Source: Guillardia theta CCMP2712
Lineage: Eukaryota > Protista > Cryptophyta
Length of the DNA stretch: 64,000 nt
Reading direction: 5' to 3'
NCBI RefSeq assembly: GCF_000315625.1
Contig: NW_005434632.1
Location: forward strand, 95,901-159,900
Positions within the stretch are counted from its first letter, which is position 1. Each line of letters begins with the position of its first letter. The notes beneath the pieces were generated by a model that had not been told where the DNA came from, searched no databases, and saw nothing but the letters and a program-made list of their open reading frames with translations. Shown piece by piece: positions 62,201 through 64,000 of the stretch. The position numbers and the translations under genes were made by a program.

Positions 62201-64000
62201 CCTTGGTGCTCAGAGGAACAGAACTCAAACCAGCACTGACGTACGAGATCGTGGTCGGGGGGACGAGCATGTTTGGCGTTCAGGCAGCGTCTTCCTCCCA
62301 CTTGCTGGAGCAGGCCGACACTTCTCTCCTTCTTTCCATTCAACAGATCTCTCCAGTCATCAGCAGAGGGGAGAGCTTCTACGCAGCTGCCCTCCTGCAG
62401 CAGTCGAGCTGCCAGCCCCCACCTACCAGCTTCTTCCTCCTGTGGAGGATCGTGGAGCTATCGAGCATGGACGAAATCTTCCTCTATAACTCCTCGGAAG
62501 TGGAACTCTACTTCCCAGCTGATGTGCCATGGAGAGATGGGCAGACGTCCTACGTCCTCAGGGTCTCCTTGTACGCGGTGGGTCAGGGAGGAGCGAACGT
62601 GTTTGCAGAGAAAAGCTTCGAGCTGCGACCGGCTCCCCTGACCGCAGGAATAGCTGGAGGCAACAGGACGATCTGGAGGGAGCAGTCAGCATTGCAGCTG
62701 GACGCCTCCTCCTCCTTCAGCAAGGCCCTCTGCCAGCAGCAGTCGAGCTGCTCGGTCGACATCTTGTCGTTCAAGTGGAGCTGTTACCTGGCAGATCAAG
62801 TCTGCCGCAGGAAGGGCGATGGCGGTGTGATGACGTTTGCAAACTCCGCAGTGATCGATGTTGGTGAGAAAACTCTCCTTGCGATGATATGATGCAGATT
62901 GTTGTAACGACTGACCTTGTGATTGCTGATTGTTATGGACATCTGCTGATGCTACTGATGTCTTCACGTCCTTGTCATCCTGACTGACTTGCTGTCTCCT
63001 CCGCAGACCTCACTCAGATCGACATCAACGACGAAGAACAGATCAACTTCGCCGTCATAGTCGAGTTTGGTGGCCAGCTCTCCTCCTTTGCTGTCGCCTA
63101 CAACCTCTCCTCCGCTCCTCCCATCAACACAGCAATCAGCGTCGTTAGCCGGGACTCTTTCTGGGACAAGCTCGCGGTCGAACAGGAGGGAACAACCTGG
63201 ACTTACAGCTGGTCTGTACAAGACTTGACTGGAAGGGTCCTCGAGCTGCATCCCAGCCTCTTCCCAGCTGGCTACTCCTCGCCAGAGTTCATCATCCTCA
63301 GGGACAACCCGGATGTCAAACTCGCCGCCTACGTTGTGACCCTCAGGGTGCTGGACGCCAGCTCGGGGCAAGAGGGAGCGGCGAGCATGTGGTTTGTACG
63401 CAGCCTCCCCCCAGCTCCAGGCAGCTGCTCGTGTCAGGTTCGAGGAGCAGGAGCAGGAGGAGAGCCGGGGGTGACGTGCGAGTGCCGGCAATGGTCTTCT
63501 ACTAACCTCCCCATCATGTACTCCTTCGGCCTCAGCTCTTCTTCCATCCTCGACGTTTCTTGGTCTCCCCCCTCCCTCTCCTCCTCAACCCAGCTGTTCC
63601 TCAGCAGCGGCAACTTCTCCATCCTTGTGTCTGTCACCGACAGCGTAGGGTTGCAGAGTCTCTCCGATGCCCAGCACGTCGAGATCCCCCAGCAGGTTGT
63701 CAATCAGTCGCAGACAGAGGACAGTAGCGTCAAGAGCATGGAGACAGCGCTCGCCAAGCTCTCAGCTCTCCGCCAGCTCTCCCAGACCCTGCTGTATATC
63801 AACTCGGTGATGCTAAGTCTGTTGCCCCAGCTCAGCCTCTACAGGAGGGGAGCAAGAAGTCTCCTCGCGTCTTCCCAGGCGTACAGGATGCGTGTAAGAA
63901 CGACGCTGCTCCGGAGCTTCGCGGGCGGCAGCGCCACGAGCGTGTCCCGGCGAAGCGCCTCGAGCAGCCTGCAGACGACCCTCCTCCTGCTCAACACGCC
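59233..64000 (+). CDS. Large secreted/surface PKD-REJ-like protein with IPT/TIG-like repeats (runs off the window)
   Basis: Signal peptide, many NxS/T sites, IPT-like segments (YSVTPS..GG, PTSISPN..GGELVTI), REJ-like LTAGIAGGNRTI...LQLDASSS...FKWSC. Confidence 0.75.

Overview
Eukaryotic nuclear DNA, gene-dense, with many ~45-60 nt GT-AG introns, intronic microsatellites and one 100-N gap (16995-17094). Intron size and a signal-peptide + AxA-F plastid presequence point to an alga with a complex red plastid, most likely a cryptophyte (inference). About 23 genes, mostly alternating in strand: HGD, MINDY-type DUB, CCT5, YAE1-like, CAP59/GT69, a multi-TM HET-domain protein, a fucosyltransferase-like protein, plastid uroporphyrinogen-III methyltransferase, GT25, a RAP-domain protein, a CNBD K+ channel, NGDN, a ZIP transporter, a double-FHA kinase, an HA-domain protein and a REJ/PKD-like protein. 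Main hunt results: (1) a 13-30 nt micro-element, CTTTACTCAAA(GTTAA)n, occurs at least 6 times; four copies have clear 6-11 bp flanking direct repeats, like a minimal retroposed stem-loop plus tail. (2) These copies lie mainly in GC-rich, scrambled non-coding islands between divergent genes. (3) Three dispersed intronless small ORFs, each the first gene after such an island, share a C-terminal QS[ST]...R..YNRA[LV] motif. Exon boundaries were read by eye and are approximate.
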